A DNA stretch of 64,000 nt, taken from Marinicella sp. Its GTDB lineage: Bacteria; Pseudomonadota; Gammaproteobacteria; Xanthomonadales; Marinicellaceae. The position numbers and the translations under genes were made by a program. The DNA lies in the NCBI GenBank assembly GCA_965230295.1, contig OZ246001.1:3840001-3904000 (forward strand), written 5' to 3'. The notes under the pieces were generated by a model. It made no database searches, was not told where the DNA came from, and saw only the letters and a program-made list of their open reading frames with translations. This document shows positions 1-9,735 of the stretch, piece by piece (within the stretch, counting starts at the first letter, position 1; each line of letters begins with the position of its first letter).

Positions 1-1
1 T

Positions 2-238
2 GAAATTATCATGAACAATGGATCTTTTGCATTCATTACATTACTTGACGATGAGTAAAGCTATCAGATAACAATCGATTTGCCACCTATTGATCCGATC
101 CAACCCTGTACAATCACAAATGACATTGAATTAATTGCTGGTGATGATGTAATTGATGTGGAAGTGGCTTGTGAACGAGGAGATGATTTGATTTTTAGAA
201 ATGATTTTGAAATGATGCCGCCAATTATTATGAAATAA
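2..238 (+). pseudogene. 3' fragment of a secreted repeat-domain protein with an in-frame stop and a C-terminal DDLIFRNDFE motif
   Basis: Frame 2 reads EIIMNNGSFAFITLLDDE*SYQITIDLPPIDPIQPCTITNDIELIAGDDVIDVEVACERGDDLIFRNDFEMMPPIIMK*. There is a TAA at 56-58 inside a recognisable NGxFxF..Y.....QxC....DVxVxC Ig-like repeat. The 5' part lies outside the window. Confidence 0.6.
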
Positions 239-582
239 AGATCAAATCTTTTCTAATTTTAACTCTGAAATTGGATGCTGAAGAAACTATGAGTACAGGA
301 GGTATTTTGGGTTTCTAAAGGTGATGATATCAATAGTTTTAGAATACCATGTCTTTATGGTTCTGTGGGTATGTTATGTTGTCATTAACAAATTCATTTT
401 ACCTCAAATAAATATCTCATCCTCGTCACGGTGCTAAAACTGAAGGAAAGGTCAAAAGGGTTTGGGTAAATGTAAATATTGGAAAAACAAGTTATCTAAG
501 GGTAAATAAAGAAGAATTTAAATATATATTGAATCTACTTAACATTAAGTGAGGCTTACCAAATAAAATCACATTAATTTAA

Positions 583-1833
583 TCAGTTTGAAAGTTTGTT
601 GTTTTCAATAATTTGGTCATATATATTTTCAATATCCAACTTATATTTATCGGTAAATTTGCCTGCATTTTTAGCTGAATTCACGCGATATAAAATAACT
701 GACAATGGGGCATAGTTACCAAGAGTTTTCATTGCCTCAATTGGTCTCATCGACTTATTTTCTACCTTTGCACTCCCAAATGAGTTTCTTAACCATTGAG
801 CAGTAGCCATTTGGCACTTTTCAATATCATCAATGAAATATTTTTTGTATGTGGTATTTTCATAAATAGATTGGTTCTGAATAATTATTTTGCTGATATC
901 CATTAAAGTTGATCCAACAATGGTCGAAATCTGCCTAGTTGTTATTTTCTTTAGTTTATAGGTATTTGAAACCAAAGGAATGATGACATCAGAATCAGTT
1001 TCGAAATATTCAGCCATGTAGCTTAGTTGTGAATTAATTACTTTCAACTGCTCAGAGTTCAAACTGATATAACGTTCATTTGAACCCATGATTTTAAGGA
1101 ATAATTCATTTTCTAAAGAAATTACATCTGAATTTTTCATATTGGAAAGTTCTGTTATTTTGAGCCCGAACTCTAACAAAATGTAAATGATCAAAAAAGC
1201 GCGATTGGCTTCAAAACAATCATAAGAAAAGCGATCGTAATCTGTTTCTTGTGCTAATACTGTTAATATGAACCTAGTTAGCTGGGGGTTTAAAGTTTTG
1301 CTGTTATACCGACTTTCCAATTCGCTGAGAGAATCATCTTTCATGAGATAGGCTGGTACAGGGTTCCTATATAAATAACAATTTGATTTCAAAAATCTGT
1401 AAAGAGTGTGTATTTTCCTAAGTGAGGACCTTACTGAAACCTTGGATCGAATTGATTTACGAAAGGGACGCCATTCAGGATTAATGCTATCATCGATTAA
1501 GATTTTTTTCTGATGAGTCCCCACCCATCTCTTTAAAGGTTTTGGATTGTAAAGAAATTCAGAGTAGGCCATGCAATTATCTGTCGTGAAAGCAGTAAAA
1601 GAAATGTTATTCTGCTCTAACCACAATAAAAATGTTTCAATTTCTTTGTAATAGGCACTTATGGTGTTTTTCACAGATTCCTTCATTGAAAGAAACTTCA
1701 TAATTGCATCAATATCAGTATTCACAGACAAATCGTTTTCTAAGTCTTTGCACAGGTTTTGGCCTGGAGCAAATACATCTGGCACTCTGTGCAGAATAAC
1801 TTTTGAGGATTTATATAACAGTATCGGCTCCAT
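583..1833 (-). CDS. Tyrosine recombinase family protein, catalytically degenerate
   Basis: N-terminal core-binding region (NTISAYYKEIETFLLW...PEWRPF...YLYRNP). Box I reads GLKITEL (canonical GLRxxE), box II reads AQWLRNS (HxLRH), and LGNYAPLSVILY corresponds to LGH...Y. Starts 11 bp after the tniQ stop. Confidence 0.8.
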   Translation of the reverse strand: MEPILLYKSSKVILHRVPDVFAPGQNLCKDLENDLSVNTDIDAIMKFLSMKESVKNTISAYYKEIETFLLWLEQNNISFTAFTTDNCMAYSEFLYNPKPLKRWVGTHQKKILIDDSINPEWRPFRKSIRSKVSVRSSLRKIHTLYRFLKSNCYLYRNPVPAYLMKDDSLSELESRYNSKTLNPQLTRFILTVLAQETDYDRFSYDCFEANRAFLIIYILLEFGLKITELSNMKNSDVISLENELFLKIMGSNERYISLNSEQLKVINSQLSYMAEYFETDSDVIIPLVSNTYKLKKITTRQISTIVGSTLMDISKIIIQNQSIYENTTYKKYFIDDIEKCQMATAQWLRNSFGSAKVENKSMRPIEAMKTLGNYAPLSVILYRVNSAKNAGKFTDKYKLDIENIYDQIIENNKLSN

Positions 1834-1844
1834 AATTTACACTC

Positions 1845-3203
1845 TTAGAAATATGAGTTGATTGCTTCGCCACCGAGATTAAAAATACTCAATAATTTTC
1901 TGGATTGTTTATTATCAAATTCAAAAATATCTTCAGGATAATAAACTGATAGTTTTAATTCATCTAATATGAATGTATATGGGCACCTGCATTCAAAGTT
2001 ATTTTGCAAGCCACCAACTATTTTACCATCGTCACTCTTTTTTGTTTGTTCCAAGAAAGATGACACGTACTTGAAAATACTGAGATAAGTGGTCCATAAA
2101 TCTATCTTATAAACCAACATTGATAGCTCCATAGGCATGCGATAGAACTTTAATTCTGATTTATCACAAATTACTTCATGTCTAATGAAAAACTGATGGA
2201 CTTGAGGTAGCTTAAGGCCACGACTAGTCATGTTGTTATATAAATCAGTAAAAACTGAAGCAGACCTATCTTCTGGCACATAATGACCATCATGAAGTAG
2301 CTTAATTAACTCTAGTGTGTTTGTCTTAATGTGGGCACTTGTTAAATCAGCGGTGTTGTTTTTAAGTAAGCATCTAATTTTTGATAATGATTTTTGGGTT
2401 ACTCTAACTTTTTGCTTATCTAGAGCACTCCAATAGTCATTTTCATTCACAAATCTGGACATATTGTCATCAGTTGTAACAGTATATTTTTGCTTGTTAA
2501 TTCGATAAAAAGGAACTTTTAACTCTTGAGCAAGTTGTTTCTCTGATTCAAATAAATCACCTTCCTTTGCCATTACAGATAAATTGAAAATGTGGTTATT
2601 ATTAATAACAGGCTTTGGAGTGAAAAACTGTGTATCTAAATACAGTTCAAATTTTGGCAGATACTTTTTCGAACGTCTTATGATTGAGTTTAAGAAATGG
2701 ACTTGGTCAAATTTTTCGTCACATGGTATTTTATTTGATTTGACTATTTGATTATCTAATTTTGTACCACAGGAACTACAGCCTCTTGATATTAAGTCAT
2801 GAGACATAGGCCAGTGAATTCCACATACATGACAGTTTGTTATTAAATCAGCATCATGAATAGGGCACTTTAGTAACCAAGGTTCATCAAATAGTTTTGT
2901 ATGAAACCCAATCTCAGCGCATTCTGGGCAATGCTTTAGTGGTCTATATCCTTTTTGTAATAAAAGATTCAACCTTTGATCTGATGGAATGTTTGATCTT
3001 TCATACATACTAGCAAGCAATGCAGGCTTGTATGCAATCAGTTTAGAATTAATAAATAGCTCACTTCCTTTGATGCCGACGTTCTTGAATTCTTTAATGA
3101 CTTTGCAGATAGAATTTAACCTTTGATTTGCAATAAGAAACCTGCGATAAGCGGAGTAGGGGCTTTCTCCTGGTCTTTTCAGCATTTGGCCAGTATTAAT
3201 CAT
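1845..3203 (-). CDS. tniQ: TniQ/TnsD family protein
   Basis: Zinc-binding pattern CPEC...CPIH...CHVC...CSSC typical of TniQ. ATG at 3203 overlaps the tnsC stop (TGATG). Confidence 0.75.
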   Translation of the reverse strand: MINTGQMLKRPGESPYSAYRRFLIANQRLNSICKVIKEFKNVGIKGSELFINSKLIAYKPALLASMYERSNIPSDQRLNLLLQKGYRPLKHCPECAEIGFHTKLFDEPWLLKCPIHDADLITNCHVCGIHWPMSHDLISRGCSSCGTKLDNQIVKSNKIPCDEKFDQVHFLNSIIRRSKKYLPKFELYLDTQFFTPKPVINNNHIFNLSVMAKEGDLFESEKQLAQELKVPFYRINKQKYTVTTDDNMSRFVNENDYWSALDKQKVRVTQKSLSKIRCLLKNNTADLTSAHIKTNTLELIKLLHDGHYVPEDRSASVFTDLYNNMTSRGLKLPQVHQFFIRHEVICDKSELKFYRMPMELSMLVYKIDLWTTYLSIFKYVSSFLEQTKKSDDGKIVGGLQNNFECRCPYTFILDELKLSVYYPEDIFEFDNKQSRKLLSIFNLGGEAINSYF

Positions 3204-4165
3204 CAAACTAACTCAACTTCATCAGGAATCAAGCCAGAAGCATTTATACTGGCTTCTACCATCTGGCTCATTAGAATAGGGTCATTGACTCCGTTGTTGG
3301 GAATAAAATCAAACAACAATATACGAATCATGGATAGAAAGTATTGAATGGGCCATGACTCTATTCCAGCTTCTTTACGAAAGCATTCCTCATAAACTTG
3401 CCAGATGATTTCTGTAATATCAATTAATCTCCAGTCATCAGACACTTCCTGATTCCATAGGTATTCTTTGGTATACGAGTTTTTCTTTGTAAACAAATAT
3501 TTTTGATCAATCTCACTTAAACATGCCTTCAGTTCTATTTCCTTTCTGATTCCATAGAAATTATGAAATTTCAATAAAAACCGTCCCCTTATCAATTCAT
3601 ACTGTGGGTTTTCTTTCATCTTGTCTAATAACTGTACCGAAGCAGAATGATTCCCAACAAAGAAAATCGAAAGATGAATCCCAAAATTCATCAATCCATC
3701 ATAGAGTTCAGCAAATACTTCAAACTGTTTAGGCCTAAGTCTTTGCATTTCATCAATAAAAAGAATCAGATTATGAGGAGTTTTAGAATTAGTCGCAGAC
3801 TCACCAAGAAAATAAATCAAATCATTAGCCATAATGTCTGCGCGAGTATTCTCAGTTATTGATAGTTCAGCTGAATAGCACAGCTGCCTAAGTATTCCTG
3901 TAATGGTTCCTACATCTCTTGGTGCTATAGAAGTGAAATGGCAATTAATTTTTTGATTTCTTCTTGTGTATATTCGATCTTTGACATGCTGTATTGCCGA
4001 GGTTTTTCCAATTCGGTTAGAACCAAGAATGACCCCTCCAGAGAAGCCATTCAAATGCCATTTATGGATGACCTCAGACAGTTCATCAATCATCGGAGTT
4101 GTTATAAAAAACTCCTTTAGATTCATCATCTGATCATAAATATTTGAGGAGCCATCATTACTCAT
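3203..4165 (-). CDS. tnsC: TnsC/TniB-like AAA+ ATPase transposition regulator
   Basis: Walker A GSNRIGKTS, Walker B LFIDEMQRL, arginine-finger-like IRGRF. Probable start at 4165 (ATGA overlap with the tnsB stop). Confidence 0.85.
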   Translation of the reverse strand: MSNDGSSNIYDQMMNLKEFFITTPMIDELSEVIHKWHLNGFSGGVILGSNRIGKTSAIQHVKDRIYTRRNQKINCHFTSIAPRDVGTITGILRQLCYSAELSITENTRADIMANDLIYFLGESATNSKTPHNLILFIDEMQRLRPKQFEVFAELYDGLMNFGIHLSIFFVGNHSASVQLLDKMKENPQYELIRGRFLLKFHNFYGIRKEIELKACLSEIDQKYLFTKKNSYTKEYLWNQEVSDDWRLIDITEIIWQVYEECFRKEAGIESWPIQYFLSMIRILLFDFIPNNGVNDPILMSQMVEASINASGLIPDEVELV

Positions 4166-6066
4166 CTTTTTTCTCCTTTGAATAAACCTCTGTTCCATTC
4201 GAAAGGGTTGTGTGATTTCCCGGTTTGAGTAAGATCTACTTCGTGATTGCTGTTGTTATTAAAATCATTTATTTCATCATCAGTTTTAAGGTGGTCAAAG
4301 GTGTTTATGCTTGAATTAAACTCTTTGGCCAGCCTCACTATTTCTAATGCTTCGCTAGGAAGGTGCTTGTCTCTCATGTGAATATCAAACATATTTCTGA
4401 GGGGATCTTTCAGTTTCAGGTTTTCCTTTCTGGTATATTTTGAGATTCTTTTTTTGGTTCTAAGCGAGAATGGGTGAGACTGCCAAGAAAGTGGAGCCAT
4501 CAAAGCTCCAAGAGATGTTCCATCTTCCTTAAATGCTTCAACCACTCTCAAGTCCCTTCTGTCAAAACGGATGGTTATTTTCTGATTTTCTAATTCAGAC
4601 TCGTTCAATCCTTCTCCAACATACCGAAGCCCATTAAAACTGATTTCTGGTGCTCGATTGTCACTTTTATACCAACATATTTTTCTGGTGTCTTGAGATA
4701 CAAATGGGCCTATGTTGTCTTCCCTCATTGCATAATTAATCCTTAGTGGATGACGTTCGTTTTGATATTTCAGATAATCTAATGGTGAAAGACCTCCCAA
4801 GCGCTCACGAGGCCGAGTGTTCTCAGCTGACACGACTACACTGATAACTTCTTCTAGTGTGCGCAGGGAAAAAGTAGGAACCTTCTTTGTATTAGATTTT
4901 GTTTCTTTAAGAGGATCTAAAACATGGGAGCCAGTTGTTGATGGAAAACGATGAATAATTTCATTTAATAATTTAAATGCGTACTCAATTAATTGTCTAC
5001 TCTTAGGATTTGCTGGTAAACCATAATTGAGGGTTGCTCCCAATGTAATTAAAACATAATCTTTTATACTCTTAGCCCTATGGCATTTTGCATTATCAAG
5101 TCCTACAATGCCAATTGATCGAAATTGAAACTCCTCATCCAGAGCACTTGGTAAACATGCACCCAATTGATATTCTAGCCCTGGTGTTTTCAATTCCATT
5201 GGCTCCCATTTTTCGTTTAGAAAACTGAATAAATTCAATAAGTCATCTTGATTAGGTTCTTTGGTGTAGCACAAAAAGTAAGAAAGAATACAATCAGATG
5301 CAACATCTTTCATCATAAATAAAGAAAGTCGCGAGAGCTTTAATGTTTTAATTACTCCATTATCATCAATAGCTATATTTACTTTTATATCTGTTAACTG
5401 AGAATCCAGTTGTATTTTTTGAAATGGCAGGAGGTCAATAATTTGAGTCTGGTTAATTGACCGCTGTTTTTTCTTCTTTGGCATGCGGTATTTATTAACC
5501 AATTTATGAAAATACCTTCTACAACTTTCTAATGCCTTGTTAGACTGATCGAAAGGATATTGATCATCAGGCCAGTTTAAGTCTTCCAACTCTGCTAGAA
5601 ACGCTTTATGAAAACTTTTTGGGGTCATGTTTTCTGCATTAGGATCCCTTCGCACAAACGCTTTTACTTTGTTCTTGAGTCTTTCGGTCATTTCTATGTT
5701 TTCCTCAAGAATTTTAGTAAATGAACCTCGAGCTCCTGAACATTTATGCTTACTTAAAGATTTTTTTCTTTTTCCATTATTTATTTTTTGACCTGGAATC
5801 AATGCTTTAGTTAAAGGTTGATCGTCATCCTCATAACCTGCCAATGCTCTACTCATTAAACGGCTTATTGCTGAAACCGAGATATTTTCCTCATCAGCTA
5901 TATCTTTAAACCTAATACCTAACAGTACTTTTATTACAATCCGTTGATTTCTTAAAAATTTTGTTCTTTTAACCCCCTTAAATTTCTTATGGTTTACTTT
6001 CGGCCAATTTTTATAATCTCTAAGTAGTGGAGAATACTGAAGCCGGAGTAACCATGTTAACCACAT
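4162..6066 (-). CDS. tnsB: TnsB-like DDE transposase
   Basis: N-terminal HTH (IADEENISVSAISRLM), DDE triad IQLDSQ / GLDNAKCH / QLIEYAF, and Mu-transposase-like C-terminal region (IRFDRRDLRVV). Confidence 0.85.
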   Translation of the reverse strand: MWLTWLLRLQYSPLLRDYKNWPKVNHKKFKGVKRTKFLRNQRIVIKVLLGIRFKDIADEENISVSAISRLMSRALAGYEDDDQPLTKALIPGQKINNGKRKKSLSKHKCSGARGSFTKILEENIEMTERLKNKVKAFVRRDPNAENMTPKSFHKAFLAELEDLNWPDDQYPFDQSNKALESCRRYFHKLVNKYRMPKKKKQRSINQTQIIDLLPFQKIQLDSQLTDIKVNIAIDDNGVIKTLKLSRLSLFMMKDVASDCILSYFLCYTKEPNQDDLLNLFSFLNEKWEPMELKTPGLEYQLGACLPSALDEEFQFRSIGIVGLDNAKCHRAKSIKDYVLITLGATLNYGLPANPKSRQLIEYAFKLLNEIIHRFPSTTGSHVLDPLKETKSNTKKVPTFSLRTLEEVISVVVSAENTRPRERLGGLSPLDYLKYQNERHPLRINYAMREDNIGPFVSQDTRKICWYKSDNRAPEISFNGLRYVGEGLNESELENQKITIRFDRRDLRVVEAFKEDGTSLGALMAPLSWQSHPFSLRTKKRISKYTRKENLKLKDPLRNMFDIHMRDKHLPSEALEIVRLAKEFNSSINTFDHLKTDDEINDFNNNSNHEVDLTQTGKSHNPFEWNRGLFKGEKR

Positions 6067-6722
6067 AATTTCACCTCAGTATCATATGAAAACGGCCTCT
6101 CTTCTAAATTCATGATAACCATCCCTTTATGACATAATCTATAGAAAGCAATCTCATGAGCTTTTTTATTAAACCTATCATGCTGAGAAATGATGTCACC
6201 CAACTGCTGCTCTGGTGTAATGCTTAAGGAATCTAATATCTTATATTCTTGGTTCTGTGTTTCAATGTGACTGTTTATAACAAGAGCTCTGATAATTTCG
6301 AGCCAGTTAACAGCAAATATTTCTCTATCCAACACTTCTTCATTTGAGATAACCAAGAATTCAATATTTTCTCTTTTTAGGTAGGCTTTTAATGGGATTT
6401 GTATTCTCTGACTAAATTTACCCTTAGGTTTGAGTTCAACAATATATTTCTTGCCATTTTTTACATAGTAACAATCAGGGATATATGGCCTGTTTCCTAT
6501 TAAGAATTTGTGTGATTGAGGCACAAATCTTGTTACTTCAGGATCACTTTCTAAAATTGCCGCATGAAGAAATTCGCTCTTCGAATGAAATATTCCAACT
6601 TCTGGAAATTTAATGAATATTTGATAAAAACAATTACTGCCTTCTTCTATTTTTTTCGCGTCAGCCATATGCTGGAAAGGGGTTAATGTATCTGTTTTTA
6701 CTTTTAAATTACTAGTTTTCAT
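6057..6722 (-). CDS. tnsA: TnsA-like PD-(D/E)xK endonuclease
   Basis: HSKSE...LESDPEV...PQ...YIPD...IVELKP pattern of the TnsA N-terminal domain; overlaps the tnsB start. Confidence 0.8.
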   Translation of the reverse strand: MKTSNLKVKTDTLTPFQHMADAKKIEEGSNCFYQIFIKFPEVGIFHSKSEFLHAAILESDPEVTRFVPQSHKFLIGNRPYIPDCYYVKNGKKYIVELKPKGKFSQRIQIPLKAYLKRENIEFLVISNEEVLDREIFAVNWLEIIRALVINSHIETQNQEYKILDSLSITPEQQLGDIISQHDRFNKKAHEIAFYRLCHKGMVIMNLEERPFSYDTEVKLCG

Positions 6723-6780
6723 CTCTCAATAATTAGGAATAAAACATTTTTAATTTATCAAACAACAATATTTATTGGAA

Positions 6781-6806
6781 GTAACAACAATATTTTCTGT
6801 TGTTAC
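6781..6806. promoter_or_regulatory. Perfect 9-bp inverted repeat (GTAACAACA-N8-TGTTGTTAC) between divergent tnsA and HTH genes; putative operator
   Basis: Seen directly. AACAACAATATTT also occurs as direct repeats at 6761 and 6783. Confidence 0.5.
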
Positions 6807-6890
6807 AACATTTTATTGAAAAATTTTATAGCCAATGCTATATTGATAGTTGTAATTTTTTAAACGTATTAGTCGGAGCATGAAATCTTC

Positions 6891-7361
6891 ATGGTCGAAA
6901 AACAAAATAATGTAAAAGGTTACAAACCTGGCCAGGTTTGTGAGCTTATAGGTGAGAGCTATGAAACCCTAAGATATTGGAGAGAATACCTATACCCCAA
7001 ACCTCCCCAAATTCATTTCAGTTTGAATGATATTTTCATTTACCATTTCATAAAATCTTTTATTAAAGGAAAGAGAGTAGATGTCAACGAACTTGAAAAA
7101 GTAGAATGGAGAAAAATTTTACAAAGATGTAGTAGCTTGAGTGCTGAAGAGAAAAAGTCTTGCATTGCTGTATTTGACTTTCAGAGCAGAAAATTTTCTT
7201 TTATAACATCTATCAATCAAATAGATTTAAGCGATGACAGGTACACTTTTGTTTACATGAAAACAATTTTTAATCGATTTAATTTATCATTGCGAAAATT
7301 TGGAAATGCTAGGTCAAATATTGTTCCTATAGAAACCGGCCTTTTTATTGAAGCCTCTTAA
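6891..7361 (+). CDS. MerR/Xis-like helix-turn-helix DNA-binding protein
   Basis: N-terminal YKPGQVCELIGESYETLRYWRE matches the MerR-type winged-HTH pattern; divergent from tnsA. Confidence 0.6.
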   Translation: MVEKQNNVKGYKPGQVCELIGESYETLRYWREYLYPKPPQIHFSLNDIFIYHFIKSFIKGKRVDVNELEKVEWRKILQRCSSLSAEEKKSCIAVFDFQSRKFSFITSINQIDLSDDRYTFVYMKTIFNRFNLSLRKFGNARSNIVPIETGLFIEAS

Positions 7362-7574
7362 TATTGGTTGGGTTCGGCTAATATTATTTCTTAGTGATTT
7401 AATCCTGCTGAACTGCCCAATTAAATTTCTACCACATTCCATATTATTTTTTTATTTAAATAATGTGCATCTATGTTTAGTGCTATCTGGTTATCTATGT
7501 ACAATATATTGAGAAAATTTTTTTTAAAGGGAAAAGAGTGCTAGACAAGCTACTCATAAAAATGAGTATTTATT

Positions 7575-7826
7575 TTGAATAAAAAATATCGTTTAACATT
7601 GATGGTCATATCACTAATTACGATAATAACAATAGGACGTTTATCCACAGGATCATTTGACTTTTGGAGCACTCAATTCTGGTTTGTTTCTGGGGCTTTA
7701 TTACTTATATTACTAGCATTAATTGATCAACCACATTTTTCAAAAGACGCGAACATATTTGTTAACGGTTCGACTGCTCTTATTTCATTATTCGTCGTCC
7801 AATCCAATGATAGAGATAATTTTTGG
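7575..7826 (+). pseudogene. 5' remnant of a membrane protein gene truncated at a deletion junction
   Basis: Hydrophobic helices up to ...DRDNFW, after which the frame is the out-of-frame read of the FG-GAP gene. Base composition changes at about 7826. Confidence 0.55.
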
Positions 7827-9262
7827 CCGGGGATTTTAATGGTGATGGCATCGACGACCTCATCATTGGCGCTTGCAGAGCTACCCCTGATGCTGTTAAT
7901 AATGCTGGGCGCAGCTATGTTGTTTTTGGCACACAATCTGGTTTATTTAACCCTTTGGCATTAAGCGATTTGGATGGTTCAAATGGGTTTGTCATAGATG
8001 GTCATATTCCTAATGGTTCATCAGGCAGATCGGTGGCATCCGCTGGAGATGTGAATAACGATGGCATTGATGACATTCTGATTGGTGCACCAGAAGCAAC
8101 AAATCAAGTTACACAAGCAGGCATTGTTTATTTGATTTATGGCTCAGATGAAGGTTTCTCTGCACAGCTGAACTTGAACGACCTGAATGGTATCAATGGG
8201 GCGGTCATAAACGGAAACTACATTCAAAGCCGTTTTGGCCATTCAGTGAATGCCGCCGGTGATGTCAATAACGACGGCATTGATGACATCATAATCGGTG
8301 CACCTGATGTTGATAGCAATGACGTTGTTAGATCTGGTGCTGCGTATATCATTTTTGGTCATGAGCAGGGGTTGATTCATCCTTTGGGTGTATCTGACCT
8401 GAATGGAATCAATGGTTTTGAAATTCGCGGAATAACACAAGAAAATTCAAGAATTGGATATTCAGTGGCTGAGGCTGGCGATGTCAATGCAGATGGCATC
8501 TCAGACATCATCATCGGTAGTGCCTATTTAGTAGGCCATATCGGCGATTTTAATGCCGGTCAGAGTTATGTTGTCTTTGGCAGTGATCAGCGGTTCCCAA
8601 ATCCGTTACAGTTATCTGAGTTAAGTGGAAGTAATGGGATCCAGATTTTAGGTGAACATGCAGATGATCAATCGGGATTTGCGGTGAGTGCTGCGGGAGA
8701 TATCAACCATGATGGCATTGATGATTTTGCCATCGGTGCTGTCGGTACGGATCATAATGGGTTAGAAAATTCAGGATCTGTGTATGTGATTTATGGGGGT
8801 CATTCAGAGCTTCCTCACCCTTTTAACCTGAGTTCAATCAATGGCGTTAATGGCTTTCGATTGGATGGAACTGATGCGAGAGCCAATTTTGGGAATGCAA
8901 TCAGTAAAGCACAAGACATTAACCTGGATGGCATGGATGACATCATTATTGGGGCTTTTACTGCACCTGTTCCCTCAGTGACTGATGCGGGCAAAGCATA
9001 TGTCATCTATGGCAGTGATCAACCCATAGGCCACCCCTTCAATCTTTCTGCTTTAAATGGGCTTAATGGATTTGCTGTTTTAGGGTCGGATAATGACAAT
9101 CTGGGGAGCAGCGTGAGCGGAATGGGAGATTTCAATAACGACGGAATTAGCGATCTGATTATTGGTGCTTTTAATGCGGCTGTTGAAGATCAAAGCCGTG
9201 CAGGAAAAAGTTATCTGATATTCGGTACCGAGCAGGCCCTTTTTGCCAATGGTTTTGACTGA
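7823..9262 (+). pseudogene. FG-GAP (integrin-alpha-like beta-propeller) repeat protein, 5'-truncated
   Basis: Seven AGD(V/I/F)NxDGxDD repeats. Begins abruptly at the first repeat with no signal peptide or RBS, unlike the paralog at 9736. Ends ALFANGFD. Confidence 0.7.
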
Positions 9263-9286
9263 CCCTATTAATCTATTTGCGAGCAT

Positions 9287-9363
9287 TGTGCCCGTATTGA
9301 AAGGATTACTGTGTTTCTCTCCCTCCTCTTCACAGTTAATTGACTCGATACGGGCACATTTTT
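9287..9363 (+). terminator. Long stem-loop with pyrimidine-rich loop and T-tract after the first FG-GAP gene
   Basis: TGTGCCCGTATTGA pairs with TCGATACGGGCACA (one G-U), inner stem ACTGTG/CACAGT, followed by TTTTT. Confidence 0.55.
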
Positions 9364-9686
9364 ATGATGTCTAATCACAGTGCCAAGACACATGTTATAA
9401 ACGATTAAAATATTAAATACCGATGAGCCACAACGAGATAAACGGTTGCTTCCATGCTCCAACATCATCAAAGTCGAAAACTTGCAAATAAAGACTGAGT
9501 TAATTGAGCTGCCCTGACATTACAATTAACTGGTTTGAATCATCCAAGCTCCAAAACAAGCAGTCAAAAGGCGTCCCCCAGTGAGGTCTTTTTGTATTTG
9601 CATTCAATCAGGTAACAAGTATGTAACAAAATTAATACCCATTGCATCAAGCTTGATAACCGTTTTCCTTGCTTCTGCCTAAACTC

Positions 9687-9717
9687 AAGCCCATCCATCA
9701 AAGTGATGGGCTTTTTT
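9687..9717 (+). terminator. Intrinsic terminator-like hairpin directly before the RBS of the second FG-GAP gene
   Basis: AAGCCCATC...GATGGGCTT followed by a T-run; AGGAGG at 9724-9729 and ATG at 9736. Confidence 0.5.
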
Positions 9718-9735
9718 ACAAACAGGAGGAGACAA

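Noticed and set aside
412-552. Short open frame (HPRHGAKTEGKVKRVWVNV...) converging on the recombinase gene
   Set aside because: There is a stop immediately upstream, no convincing start or RBS and no recognisable family; at most a gene remnant.
537-564. Second dif-like site near the left edge (ACTTAACATTA resembles a reversed XerD arm)
   Set aside because: There is no XerC-like arm at the 6-bp spacing; this is likely a chance match in AT-rich DNA.
583-1833. Active phage or island integrase responsible for insertion at dif
   Set aside because: Four catalytic positions are substituted, dif is intact and outside the apparent element end, and no phage genes are present.
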